Shown: one piece after another, positions 24,101-36,982 of the stretch
Position numbering within the stretch: the stretch's first letter is position 1
How the letters are laid out: each line of letters starts with the position of its first letter
Source: Lingula anatina
Taxonomy: Eukaryota; Animalia; Brachiopoda
DNA length: 64,000 bases
Assembly (NCBI GenBank): GCA_051362555.1
Contig: CM120643.1
Coordinates: 20,588,848-20,652,847, forward strand
Reading direction: 5' to 3'
The notes under the pieces: model-generated
Told to the model about the DNA's origin: nothing
The model's database searches: none
The model's input: the letters and a program-made list of their open reading frames with translations, nothing else
Made by a program: the position numbers and the translations under genes

Positions 24101-27100
24101 TCAAAGAGGGTCTGTTTCACAAAACATTTCAGATCAGTTTTTGGGCTAGAATCATAGCCCACTAAGAATATTGATTTAAATCAGTTATGTTTCTGATGTG
24201 TGGGACGATAAAAAGATCAGAGCTGCACCATGTGGTGAACTTCTGATAATCACAGGGTCCACAGAGATGGTATTTACAAAATCCAGAAAATATCTAAAAG
24301 ATCACCTCATTTTATCTCTGTTCTTCTACCTACCTAAGCTTTTGAGAAAATTGTCATTTTATTGGCTGAAATTTTATTCTCATTGATCATGTACAATAGC
24401 CCATTTAAGAATGTTTAGTGCATTTAATGTGAAGCAGCCATGTATTCATAAAAAAAAACTCTGAGTAGACCAATTTGACAAAGTCACAATTAATGTACAT
24501 AAGTCATCTATCCAATTATAAGTCTTTGCTATGCCGCAACACTTACTTTTTGTGAAAAGCATGGAGTACTTGTAAGTCCCGGAAGTTAAGACCACAGTAT
24601 TTTGTGTTGATGCATTTTAGAGTAAGCCTGACCAATATTGACCATAGACCAGAAACAATCACTGTGTAAGGAAATGGGTTCCGGAATCGATTCCAGTCAT
24701 TTATTCAAAGTGTGCAGGAAGTTCTCGGAGTGTTAATCAGCAAGAAAAGTCATTCAAGGGGAAAATGGTCAAGAACTGTACTGCCAATAACCTTTGGGCT
24801 GTGTAATTCACTGCTATGATTTGTTCTTCCAGATATTTTAGAAAAGCCGAGTTCTATGGCCTAGCGTGCTTTGAGAACATGCCAGTGGAGAGCCAGATAG
24901 AGAGGGGTGCCAGAATGAAGTCTGTGGGAATCCTCTCAACCTCATACACACTTTTATATAGACACATGCAATTACTGGAAACTCAAGTCAGGTGCGTTTT
25001 TTTTCTTCTCCTCCCCCTCACGCACACACATGTGCATGCACATATGTACGCATGCACGGAAATGCACAAACATAAGCACACATTGTACAGACACTTGTAC
25101 ACATGAATTCCTACACTGAAAGGCACAAACTACTTCTACTTTCACACGGGCAGATATGCATGTATACATGCCTGCACACACGCCAAAACACATGGACAGC
25201 ACGACAGTGTTGTGTTTTCACTGATCTTTTATTCTCATGTGTCTAGACATCAGTTGGAGACCCCAGGCAGGTACTCCCAGTTAGAGGCATTCTACGAAGA
25301 CAAGAAAGCAGTGCTGCCACCCAGTGGTAGCGCAGGGAGCTTACGAAACTTAACATCGACTCCAGCATCGACACCTAGTAGTGACATACTGCCAGAACTC
25401 AAAGTAAGCTATTATTAAAGAAGAAAGTAGACATTCAAAAATACTGAAGATAGATGTCAATGATGACATATGCTCTTCATGGTAAAGATGGTAAATGTAA
25501 ATCTTTTCTAAAACTTCAAAGACGTCATGCTGATTAAAAAAAACACATGCTTCATAGAAAAAAGTTAGGACTCTTTAGAAAGAAAGTTTTTTTTTCCACT
25601 TTTTTTGAAGCTATTAAGTAAGCATGCTGATAATCTTGGTGCCCACAAAAAAGTTGCTAGAACTGCATCTCTGTGTTTGATTGATCATCAAACATTTAAA
25701 GAGCAGTGGCATTTCTGAGGCATAAAAATGAATACGATGATAATTTTCTAGTTATTTTAATTTATAGTCATTTTTTGCACATTTTCATACCTTAATGAGA
25801 AAAAGCATGGGTTATCAACACTATATTGACGTCACTGGTGTTTAGCATGCTCTTCTGTTACTGCAATACATATTGGACTGGGCTGCAATCTACACTTGTT
25901 CCAGTAACTGGCACTTCTAAAGAATAATTATTAGTAAGATTGTTCATGGTGAATATTAAGTTCTTGACTCAAGAATAAGCTTTCTACAGCCTGATACATA
26001 CATCAAGTGACAAAGATTCACTGCTTCGGTTGAAAAAAAAGGTCACATTTGTACTTCTTTTTGAATTGGTATGTGTTTGATAGAAGATTTGATTTCCAAG
26101 GTGAATGGAGGTGAATAGAGTTTAATACAGTAATGGGCAAAAATTATCAAACTTTCAGACACATAATTTTATAATCACAAAAATTATATTTCTACATGAC
26201 ATTTGTGCTTTAACTGCATACAGTAGAACTATAGAGTAGCCTGCTTTTAAATTTTGTTGCTACCACTCAATAGGAATTTCATAATTTTAAGAAATTATGA
26301 CTTTAAAAATACAGTTACTGTGAAATTCACAATTTTACCCCATTGACAAGATCGAGTTATTACTGTTTATGTCCCTCCCCATGGATCTATGGACTTTTCC
26401 TATACAAAACACTTTCCCCATCTCTAGACAGGAGATCATTCATGTGTTCAACACATAAGTTGCCTGTTGTCTATGACACTGTTATAACCACCCTGAGTTT
26501 CATTCTTATTTTAGCTCTGTTAAGCCCCTGTCACACTTTTTCGGAATCAGCAGGAATCAAGCAGAACCAGCTGGAATGACTGAATTAAAAAATTGTACTA
26601 CATTTGGGAAGAAATTTCAAATTGACCTAAATTCTTGTAAGAATGCCATTGGAATACTCAGAATGCGCTTGAATCCGCTTGGAATGATTCGTGCACATTT
26701 CGGCTGTATTATCTCTCAAATGCAGCCCGAATGTAGTTGGAAAACTAGGAATATCAATTATGCTGTCAGAATGTAGTCAGAATATTTAGAATACACTTTG
26801 AATGCTTTACGAGTGTAGTTCGATTGCTGGCTGAAATAGGATCGAGATGCATTCGAGTTGCATTCTGGCGCATTCTAGCAGGATTTGAAGTGTCTTGCCA
26901 TTTCAGTTCTCCCTCGAATGCGATCAGAATGTTTCGAATAGTGTCAGATCACAATACTATTCCAGTGCCATTTGATAATTTTCCACTTGGAATGCACTTC
27001 GAAAGTTTTTAACATGAGCAAAACATCCAGCCACAAGAATGGGTAAAAATATTTGGAATGCACTCAGAATTTTTAGAATTCTCTTCAAATATCCAGGAAC

Positions 27101-30100
27101 GCACAAAGAATTGTCCTTCCGATGGCATTCTTGCTCATTCCGCCTCTAGTGTGACGTGGGTATTATCAGCATGCTAAACAATTATGGAGTGTATGTACAC
27201 TTGTGAAGTTCTCATTGCCCAGAAACTCTGGGTAATCACAGTTCTTGTTGCCACGGAGATAATAACAGTACTAGTGCTTGTTTTCATGAGGAAAAATTAG
27301 TGGTATTCACCGTTTCTTGATTGTAGGTATCTCACGTATTAACACTTAACAACCTTCAGTTGCCCATTCAGTATATGCCATCAGAACCGCTCTGAGTTTC
27401 AGAGTCTAGCTGGTAGTTTGCCTCTGTTACCAGCATATATATTGGGTAGAGGCAGTTGCTCTAAGTACTCTGAAACTCAGGGTTTTCACAGTATGTTTCC
27501 AGGAGGAAGTGCCTCTTTGTGATAAGAATCAGCTCAAATACATTTTATTTCCAGTCATTGTTCTGCTCCATAAATAGACCTTTGATGACGGAGGAACTTA
27601 ACCGTTATGGTTTCTGGTGCTAGGCAACAGATTGCTTCTGTGTAATAGAGTTGAAATCAAATTCTGTTGGGATTAGGTGGTAGTAATGATCATTTAGCAG
27701 ATATAGGGACTGAATCTATTCTGATTCTGTTTAAGTACTTACTGGTGTACTGCTGTTTGAAGTTGTGGTTTTTAAGAATGGCTCTTGCATTGGTGATCCA
27801 GCATCTTTTCCTGACATATATTGTTACATTTTTTATTATTTTTAAGTATCCCGTTGTTTTAGTCACTAGAAATTATTTATAGATGATAATTTTTCAACTG
27901 TTTTGGACAGGATATACCTTGAAAAATTGTTGAAATTTCTAGGAAAATTGTTTCTGTTATATTGCTATATAAAGATCCAATTCACATTCTATTTCTTTGA
28001 TTAAAAAAAAAAGCATTTAGAGAGTGTCGATTTCTGCCAAGACATAATTAACTAATAATTAACCATTCATTAATTAATTAATTAACTGATCACCATCACA
28101 TTCTAATAATTTCTTCCATGACCCATCTTAACAGTTCTTAAAAATTTCTTTTTGGATAATGTTGCTAACAGACAAACTTACGAACCAAATAAGTAACAGA
28201 ACCAAAAACATAACCTCCTAGATAAAGGTAACAACAGATCAACACACCTTGAAAAATATATTTATTTTTGCATCCCTATTCTGTGGTATGGCCAGAATAA
28301 TAATAATAATAATAATAATAAAAGATTAACACATCTTGAAAAATATCATTTTTGCATCCTTGCACTGTGGTATGGACAGAACCACTACTAAGCCAGAGTA
28401 CCCTTCGTATTACCTCCCATTACTTATAGCTAGTGCCAACCAGATACCAGGAACATTTATTCATATTCTTAATTGAGTTGGTGACATGTAATCAATATTT
28501 ATCAACCCCAGAAGCCTTTTGTTGTATTTTCTTGGGGCGTTATTGTATATAGAAGTGATGAATGAGGCACAAAACCTTAGAAATGCTACTCGTATCAATA
28601 TAGTTCGTAATATTAAAGAATTGCATATTATACTATTGTGATAAGGAAACTTATGAACATTGGTAGTTGTGCTGTACTCTCTGGTTGAGAATTGATTTTC
28701 CAAGAACTATACAGTTAGGGCCAATTTCAAATGAAAGATTAAAAACTTAGACCAAAATTTAAGTCTACTTTGATCTAAGGTAAATAGTAGCAGTTGAGTT
28801 AAATGCAATCTTGTAGCCATTTAAAATAATAAAGACAAATAGTTATTATGTCTCCTTGAACTAAACTGACTTAAATAATAAGACGTGTCTCTTAAAAGAA
28901 TAGAACAAACTCAAGTACAATGTTCTAAATTTGGCTGATGACGGTTGCATTTATTGAAGGTCCCATTAATAAAAAGTAATGAAGCAGATTAATGATAAAC
29001 ATTGAATAGTGTTGATTATGATATTAATGTAATGTTTACGCCTAAAATATCTACATTTAAAATATAATTTCCAAAGAAATAGTGCACACATTTCAATCTG
29101 TGGGGTTGCAAAGATAGTTACTGATATACTTAGTGGACTAAACTGCATATGTAATTATCCTTAATAGAAATACATCAATAATTTTGGACTAAAAATAAAG
29201 ACCAGGTTTCAGCTTAATTTCTTTTTTAATGATATTTAATAAAACTGGGCCCTTCTTATACATTACAGTTAGTTTTACAGTTACCTACACTGTACAATAC
29301 ACATTCTGTTTTCTTCATTGTTTGATATCAAAACCATCCTGACAGAGCTTAAAGGGATAATAACTCTTCGTATGAGATTTATATTTCACAATAAAAACCT
29401 TGTGAATAACTCATAGAAATAAAATATATTCTGTTTTACCACAAAAACAGCAGTTACAGCTATTATTCTGATATCTGAGCTTGTCTTTAGACCACGTGAC
29501 CTCCATTGATGGCTATACTCTGTTAAAATCTCTTAAGTGATTTTAACAAAAAACCAAACTTTTTAGAAAAAAACCAGGGACTAACTTTGAATGTGAGAAT
29601 GGATTCATTTACCATTGGTAAGTATGGGAAAATTGTTGTTTACTCCAGGAAAATTCATTTTTTGGCTGAAACGAAGAGTTATTATCCCTTTAATGGAAAC
29701 CTTGAAGTGGAAACTCAACCTATATTATCAGCATGGCCCTGCTGTCTTCAGTTTATCTCTGAAACTTAGGTTAATCAGATTCGGTAGTAATCGTAATTAT
29801 TAATACATCTTCCAGATCACACATCCTGCCGGCTGCTTCTCACAGTTCATCAAGTTCTTTGGAGAACAAATCTTTGTTCTGTGGAAGTTTGCATTATTAC
29901 AGAAACGAATCATTTTCTTCTCCCCGCCTCCTATAGGAGTTGTGTGTTATCGTGGTAAGTACACACATGGACTTTCATGCATACTGGCAAGTGTAGTGTT
30001 ATACCTCCTATTTAGTAATCTGTTGCCATCAGCTCTCAGCTGGCAAGGTAGAAGCCAGATTTTCTAAAAGAATAAAACTCTAAATGGAATTAGAATGTTT

Positions 30101-32213
30101 TCACTACACTGAAGTATTAAAGAAGATCTGGTACATGTAAAATGGCATTTGATTTTATACAGAAGAATTCATTTCAGCTGTTTGTGGTTACTGAGTTATG
30201 AGAATGATGAGCTTTGTAAAGATAATATTAATGGGGTTCTCATGGGAAAGCACTAAGTGCTGGTTTCAACACCATTACTCTCAGATGATGTTAGCATTTC
30301 ACTAATTGGCAACGTAAAAGCTTTCTTGTCTGGGCTTTTAATATTATCTAATATAGATAGGATGAAAGAGAGAAAGGAGTACGTGTAGAAGAAAAACAGA
30401 AAAATAATGGTATTTTTGTGGATTATTTCTTGCGCAGGTTTTTTGGGGTCAAATTTACAGATTTTAATATTTTTTAAAATATAATTTGTACTTTTTTTTA
30501 ATATATTAAAATATATTTCATATATAATTTTTTCTAGTTTACTGTGCCTGCTGCCTAGCCAATCACAGCTCAGATTTAAGGATATCCAGTCACGAAGTGG
30601 AGCCCTATTTCTACATTAACGTCGCTGATATCGACAGTTTAGAATCAGAGGTCTCGTTTATTGCATGTAAGTGAAGTATTCAGCATGAGTAATTTGAGAA
30701 TAATTGAGTGTTTTGATGTTGTTTTGAAGTACAGTTCTGGGAAATTTATGTAGGTTTGATTTCCAGGAAGTTGATGAACAAGTTTTTTCCATTAAAGCCA
30801 CTGTACAAATAACTTGTGCTTGATTAGGAGAGGAAGAAACTGTTTTGTGCTTTCAAATTAACTATGAGTTAGGTGAAGTTTGTTGGTAAGTTTCAGCTGA
30901 AACCAAAAAAAAAAATCATTCTGAAATAATTCTTAAAGAAAAATGATAATTTGAGTTTTGAGATGATGAGCTATGCAGAGTATGTTGTATAGTATACTCT
31001 TAGTATTTGTGTGGTTGTCTTATAAACTCTTCCAATAAAGGAGGTTACTAGTATAAAGACATTTTCATCATCACTGCTTTGTCCATTGTTAGTGGACAAA
31101 ATATCTCAAAAGTGCTTCACAAATTTTGATGAAATTTCCAGGGTAGACATAAATTTCAGTGGGAAAGAAGTGATCATGGCATTTTCAATTTAATTTCTTT
31201 TTAATTCCTCTCTTTTTTCCCAAGGTACCACAGAGAAGATATTTCAGAGTAAAACCCAGCTTTATGATGTCTATGTGGACAACCAGGATGTGACCACACA
31301 TGTTCCTGGACTGCAAGAACTGCTACGAGTTAGCCCTGCTGACAAAGATAAGATGGCAAAACTCAATAATCAGAGGTAAGGAATGATTTTCACATTTATA
31401 TGATTTGTGCATTTAAGGGTCTATGCCATAGTTAATCTTTTCAGTTCTTAGGTCTCATAATTAGACTACCTGCTAGAAAGCTACTTATTGTGTAAATATT
31501 AATTTTATATGTACAGTCACTGATATTTTTTCATAGTCTAAGATTTACCATGTTGGTAAAAAGTGTGTGTGTCGTGTGTGTTCATGTGTGTGATTGGACC
31601 CACCTTCCCCTCTCCACCCCCTATTGACAACAAGAAAAAACATTGCTTTTAAGACTGGTATTAAATAAGATTATTAAAAGTTCCATTTTCTTTCCCAGAT
31701 CAGCCCAATTATTCTTTGTAGAAGGACTTGGAGAACAAACAGCAATGGAGGAAGAGGAAGTGTTTACTCTGTATGTAAATTAATTCATCTGCTTAGTGTC
31801 AAGTTGTCTGCATTTAGATTTAACAACATACAAGACTAATGTTTTTTAAGATGGTCATATTTTATCATTGTCAAAGAAAAATAATGACAAATGTTTTGTA
31901 ACTAGACTTGAAAATAATTGATTCAAAACTTTTGAAAAATAGTAAGACGTCAATATCTTGAAAAGGTAAAACATTCAAACATTTTAAGGAATTACATTAA
32001 AAATCCGATTTCAGATTTTTCACAGAGCAAAACAACAGGATATTCCAGACACTGTTGGACGTTAGTGTGTCAATGGACAGGACGTTGACTTCAGATCATA
32101 TGAGAAGTATGGGCCTGGATCCCATTGGGGACCGCCCCTTTCTTATGGAACTAGTGGAAATGTATGGCATTGACGTGGTTCTCATGATTGATAACCCTTG
32201 CTGTCCTAAATAG
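21198..32213 (+). CDS. DENND11: DENN domain-containing protein 11 (LCHN/KIAA1147), 9 exons, 443 aa
   Basis: Exons 21198-21423, 22039-22138, 24833-24991, 25247-25403, 29816-29954, 30538-30666, 31225-31375, 31699-31770, 32015-32213 (1332 nt, TAG). Motifs [84 protein letters not shown] and the C-terminal IDNPCCPK match the LCHN family as I recall it. Confidence 0.94.
26523..27162. mobile_element. Non-autonomous Harbinger-like DNA transposon (~640 bp)
   Basis: Imperfect TIRs agcccctgtcacact / agtgtgacgtgggta with TTA on both sides. The interior is rich in GAAT/ATTC repeats. Confidence 0.65.
27392..27480. repeat. Foldback hairpin in DENND11 intron 4
   Basis: Perfect 14-bp outer stem ctgagtttcagagt/actctgaaactcag and inner stem tgcctct/agaggca. 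Confidence 0.7.
28011..28231 (+). mobile_element. Short HINE-like element, copy 2
   Basis: aagcatttagagagtgtcgatttctgccaag ... gttgctaacagacaaac ... aaaaacataacctccta..aggtaa. Confidence 0.65.
28718..29252. mobile_element. Old GGGCC(C)AGTTT-terminated MITE-like element
   Basis: Ends gggccaattt / aaactgggccc. Related fragments occur near 2870-2945, 24108-24180 and 41437-41690. Confidence 0.45.
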
Positions 32214-33739
32214 AAATAAATAAGAGAACGTGGGTGGAAAGATTGAATTAATTGGAATGAGAAGGACCCCATACATATTGGAAATGTTGGCAGTAAGCAT
32301 TTTGACAAGTTTTTCATACTGCCATATGTGCTATTGCATCATGGAAGGACTTCCCATGGTTTTACATCGATGGCTACCATGAATGAGAGAAATTTTCTGG
32401 ATGCAATATTTTAGAAAAATCTCTTCTATACTGGTACCAGTGCATCTACTTAAAATGTTTTTGAAAGCTGAGCTTTATGAAAGCAGAAATAAAAATAGGA
32501 CACTTACAAGGCTTCAAACAACTTATCACTTGTCTTTTATTTATAATTTATACTGTGATAAATTCATAGAAATAGGGGGCCACATTAAAAAGTGAGCAAT
32601 TTTATGATTACTGTTCATGATAAGTCTTTTTGTTTGAAAAATCATTTAGAAGCCCAGGCTTGAGTTGAAATATAAAAATTTGGATCAAAACTTAAGACAT
32701 TGTACATGCAGAACGTATTTTTACTTTTTTTTCTCAAAGAATGTTATTTATCTCATCGAATATAAGTATTTTGCAGCTAAAATGTATATATGAATTTTAG
32801 TTTATATTTTCAAACCAATATCAATTGAATTTTGTATACAGCACGATTTTGTATATGTCAGCTACTTGATCTTTTAAAGTGATTAAGATTAAGTTTTAAG
32901 ATCATGACAAAAGAATTTTCCCTTCAAAATAAGAACTTCATTACAGTACCCAGTATGTTAAACATCACAACATAATGCTAAGAAATCGGGTAAAAATTAT
33001 TCCTGTAGTGGGCATAATTTTCTACAGTGTATGTCCTAAAACAGACTAGCAGACATATTGATCAGAAAAATGACCTAATAAGGATAATAATGTTCAAAAC
33101 ATTTAAACATAATTTAGTTTAAAAATGGGCACCAGAGGTCAGGCATGAATATTGATCAAGGTGATCAGATTTCAACCAACCAAAATTTAAAAGGAATATC
33201 TTTTCTAGTGATGCCTTTGATACAATGATTTAAATGAAGATAAAAGGTAGTGTTGACATAAATCTTGAAGAAAAAGCAATCAGGTGTAAGTTGAATCTAA
33301 ATTTAATGGAATAGTTTGAGATGACAACTTGGTTTCTGATCTACTGGGTATCGTAACCTTTACATTCAAAGAGGACTTTTTCTCTAGATATCCACATTTT
33401 CTATACCATGTGGGTTTTTGTAAAAAAAAAAAAAAAAAAAATCACCAAGCTGGCCTCTGGTAGAGTCTGAGTACATCTATCTTCAGAAGTAGTAGATTGT
33501 TTGATAAGTTATAAAACATATTAAATGTATCTGAAAATATCTATAGTGGATTCTGTTTATATCAGAATCTAATAATTTTGAATAAATACCTAAGTTTATT
33601 ATTACTGTGATTCTTCAATTATTCAGTAAAATGGAATTAAGTAAAGTCCAGTTTTAATTTGTTCAATGCAATAATAACACAAAAAAAAAAATGCACAAGG
33701 ATTAGATTGTTAACAGGGGAGGGGGTACTTATGCCAGAC

Positions 33740-33858
33740 TTTCAGTGGTCTTTGAAAACTCACCTCTCTGCTATCAGCATGCCTGTGCCGTTACTTGTAA
33801 TTGTAACTGACAGAGTCAAGCTGATAATAAAGAGGTGAGCTTCCAGAGACCACTGAAA
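33740..33858. repeat. ~120-nt imperfect foldback downstream of the DENND11 stop codon
   Basis: tttcagtggtctttgaaaactcacctct...tatcagc...gttac pairs with gtaac...gctgata...agaggtgagcttccagagaccactgaaa. Confidence 0.8.
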
Positions 33859-34167
33859 TCAAGGAAGTACTGTGACATATCTATACTTCCTTGATTCCAG
33901 CTTTGACATAATAACAAATTTTTATGTCCCTGATTCCAGGATGAGGATGTACAGATTAATATGATTTGATTATAATAATAATAATAATTATTATTATTAT
34001 TATTATTATTATTGCTATTACTTTATCTATGCACATTTTCACCAGCTCGTTCTGGTGCAGAAAGTATGAATAAAGCATATGTGATGTAGTTGGGGGAGGG
34101 GAGGCAATTTAAATCTCACAGTGAGTCCATTGCATCGTCATCTAGTCCACTATGATGGGACAGCGAA

Positions 34168-34278
34168 ACTGCCCCTAAAAATGGAATTGTCTTACCTGAC
34201 ACCCCTCAAATGGAATGTACTAGATGTACCTGTCACCCCTCAAATTGAAGGAACTTGCCCCACCTGACACTCCTCAAA
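34168..34278. repeat. Degenerate ~33-35-bp minisatellite
   Basis: cctgacacccctcaaa(t/c) variants repeated 3-4 times. Confidence 0.6.
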
Positions 34279-34879
34279 CAGTATGGCTTGTCCCATATTC
34301 ACTGTTATACCAATAAAGTCACGCATAGTACACTTATTTCAAAACAATAATACAAGGATATTTCAATGTGTCATTTATGGCCTAAATATAAAACAGACAA
34401 AATGTATTTGTTTAAGATTTATACAGATCATTTTACCAATTGTTCATAAAGGTCTAAAAAATCATCAAAATGAAATCATCCCTCGATCTTCTGAGCTTAA
34501 CGGTTTAGACTTACAAAGTTTATTGTCATGTTTATGCAACGATAAGGCTCATTCTGAGTATGGAGATACTAGCATACATTAGCAGTCACCACATTCGCTG
34601 TTTGGGCAATAGTTAAATTCCCATCGTAGCTTATCCTCCAAAAGTATTCATATGTTGCTCAGTAGAAAAATTGGAAAAGGGTTACCTCCATTAATCTAAA
34701 ATAAAAGTAAACACAATTTTGATATAAATATTTCATAAACAACCGTCAAATCATAATTCCATGTTTATTGGGCATAGAAAATAGATTAGCCAGAGCTACT
34801 GCATGACAATCTCTCTCTCTCTCTCTCAAGTGCCCTGTCCCAATAGGACGTTGGCGATCATGGACTTCCACCTTTTCCT

Positions 34880-34980
34880 TAGCACGAAAATTCATGCGTT
34901 CGCACTCCTATTGACTGCTAGCACAGACAGTACATATCAGAATCGTCACTAGGAGTGCTAACGCATGAATTTTCGTGCTA
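34880..34980. mobile_element. 101-bp hairpin MITE with 9-bp TSD (Mutator-like by TSD length)
   Basis: TIR tagcacgaaaattcatgcgtt(c/a)gcactccta / taggagtgctaacgcatgaattttcgtgcta, with ccttttcct on both flanks. Confidence 0.85.
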
Positions 34981-35199
34981 CCTTTTCCTGTCCTTTGGGA
35001 CAATATATACCCCTAAAATGGGATTTGGCATTTCATCTCATTTTCGTGCGCAAATTAATCAAATAAAGTAAGTGAAAGTTAAACAGAATATGAATAAAAG
35101 ACGATGAGCACAGTGACAGTTATCAACCCACTGATGTTGTTTTATCCTCAAAGCGAGGCTGGGGATTCCCTTCTGTGACCTATTTCTGTCAATTTCCAT

Positions 35200-35299
35200 A
35201 TTCAGGCAGGTGGTTTTCCAAAGATGGCGGACTAAGTGATGTTACAGATCAGCTTTTTCCGAATGTTATAAACAATGCTTTCGCTGTGGCATGTGGTAG
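35200..35299 (+). promoter_or_regulatory. Putative promoter and non-coding first exon of the DIPK1 gene
   Basis: YY1-like AAGATGGCGG at 35221-35230 in a CpG-retaining patch. Donor GTAG|gtatga at 35299/35300. Downstream poly-T acceptor catcag|cag at 36424/36427, just upstream of the ATG. Confidence 0.55.
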
Positions 35300-35754
35300 G
35301 TATGACTCGGTTTGAACATGAGAATATCCATGTAGTAAACAGCGATACTTTGACCTGGGTATGACGTTAGATTTTTAGTTAAAACTCGAAATAAATATTA
35401 AAATTGGACTTCGGCCTTTCAGTGTACAGTTACATGCTAACGGCACCCCTACCCAAGGCTTTACTGTGAAATTAAAAAAGCCAAAATCTGACATAAAAAT
35501 AAAGGAACTAACGTGTGTATAACCAGTTGCTTGAGATTGCACATTATTATTTTTACCTTACATTACATTTTTATAAGGTAAAACTGAATTAGACTTTAGA
35601 GTTACTAATTTAGTCCCTTCCATAATGGAAATGGACATGTGGATTTTTACTTGAGTTAGGTTTTGTGCAATAATGAACCTTTAGACCAATACCCACAGGG
35701 ACTATCAGGAAATACCTCATGTACAGTCGACCTATCTTTGAAATACTGGTACAG

Positions 35755-35922
35755 CAGGCCCGTAGCCAGGGGGGGTTCGGGGGGTTCGAAAGAACCCCCC
35801 TTTTTGCTGGAAAAAGGTCCACTCTGGGTAAAATTTGACCTAGGTACATGGGGATTATATGGTAAAAGGTCCACATTTTCAGAAAAAGAACCCCCCCTTT
35901 GAAATTGCTGGCTACGGGCCTG
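35755..35922. mobile_element. GC-rich MITE (168 bp), 5-bp TSD tacag
   Basis: TIR caggcccgtagccag / ctggctacgggcctg with tacag flanks. Homologous, inverted, to 43952-44127. Confidence 0.85.
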
Positions 35923-36467
35923 TACAGCTGTACAGTATTGGTGATGTCTCTTATCTTAATCTCAAATATACTACATGGACACTATTGTTGATAGGTCACA
36001 GCTATTTACCCCAGTGTTTAATAACATTGACTTCCCATGTTTTAATATCTGGACACTGCTGGTATGTTCTAGGGTTAGAATAGAATATGTGTGATGGGTG
36101 GCTGGAGTATGTGCTCTCTCACACTATAAAGGGATGGGGAGTATTAACAGTATTCAGCAAGATGAGCCTAATTACCAATTTGTGTTTCAATGGTACCAGC
36201 AACTTTAACAAATTGTAGACATTTTTCTCTTTTTTACTGCTTCTAAATTGGTGAAAAACCTTAGAAAATGCAAGCTCTAAGTGCAGTACTGTGCTAGTAC
36301 CAGTACTAGTATCACTTGTATGAAGGTATTAATATTACATGTGGCTTGCCAAGTAGAAGTTGCTAATTAATACTATGATAACAGCTTATAGTAACAATTC
36401 TTTTTTTTTTTTTTATTCCATCAGCAGCCTTTAGAGGTGATAGTGAAGATGTGACTGCTCTACAAAC

Positions 36468-36941
36468 ATGAGGGTGTTCAGATGTAGGCGGTCAGTGAGC
36501 CGTAAACTGGTGGTCACTCTGGTCATCTTGGCTGTTGTCACGCTGGCCATGGTCAAAATACGCAGCATCCTGAAGAAGATGCTCTGTTCTGAAGAGGAGT
36601 CCAGGCTCATGATAAAAGAACTGGTAATTATAAACTTAATTGTAATTGAATTGTATGAATATGTGATTTATTTATTGATTGGTTGATTGTACTTATTTTA
36701 ATATGTAATGCTGTGTACAAAGATTGTTAAGTGACCGGTATACCTTTTTACAGTGAATATAATGAGCTGTTTACAGCTTTTGTGCATTATAAAACTGAGA
36801 GTTAAAGATGAAAAAGTAAATAAATAGATAAAACTACTGTAGTTAAATAGATATTTTGACTGATAACATACTTACATATACAGTATGTACGTTTTTTTAA
36901 CCAGATATCTGAGAAAACCCAAATTGCCAGTCATTTATCCC

Positions 36942-36982
<41 letters not shown>

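Noticed and set aside
25455-25540. Possible box C/D snoRNA (ATGATGA...CTGA) in DENND11 intron 4
   Set aside because: No terminal stem and no recognisable rRNA antisense element. Such motifs are expected by chance in AT-rich DNA.
33972-34013. (AAT)n(ATT)n palindrome
   Set aside because: A simple juxtaposition of microsatellites with no evidence of function.
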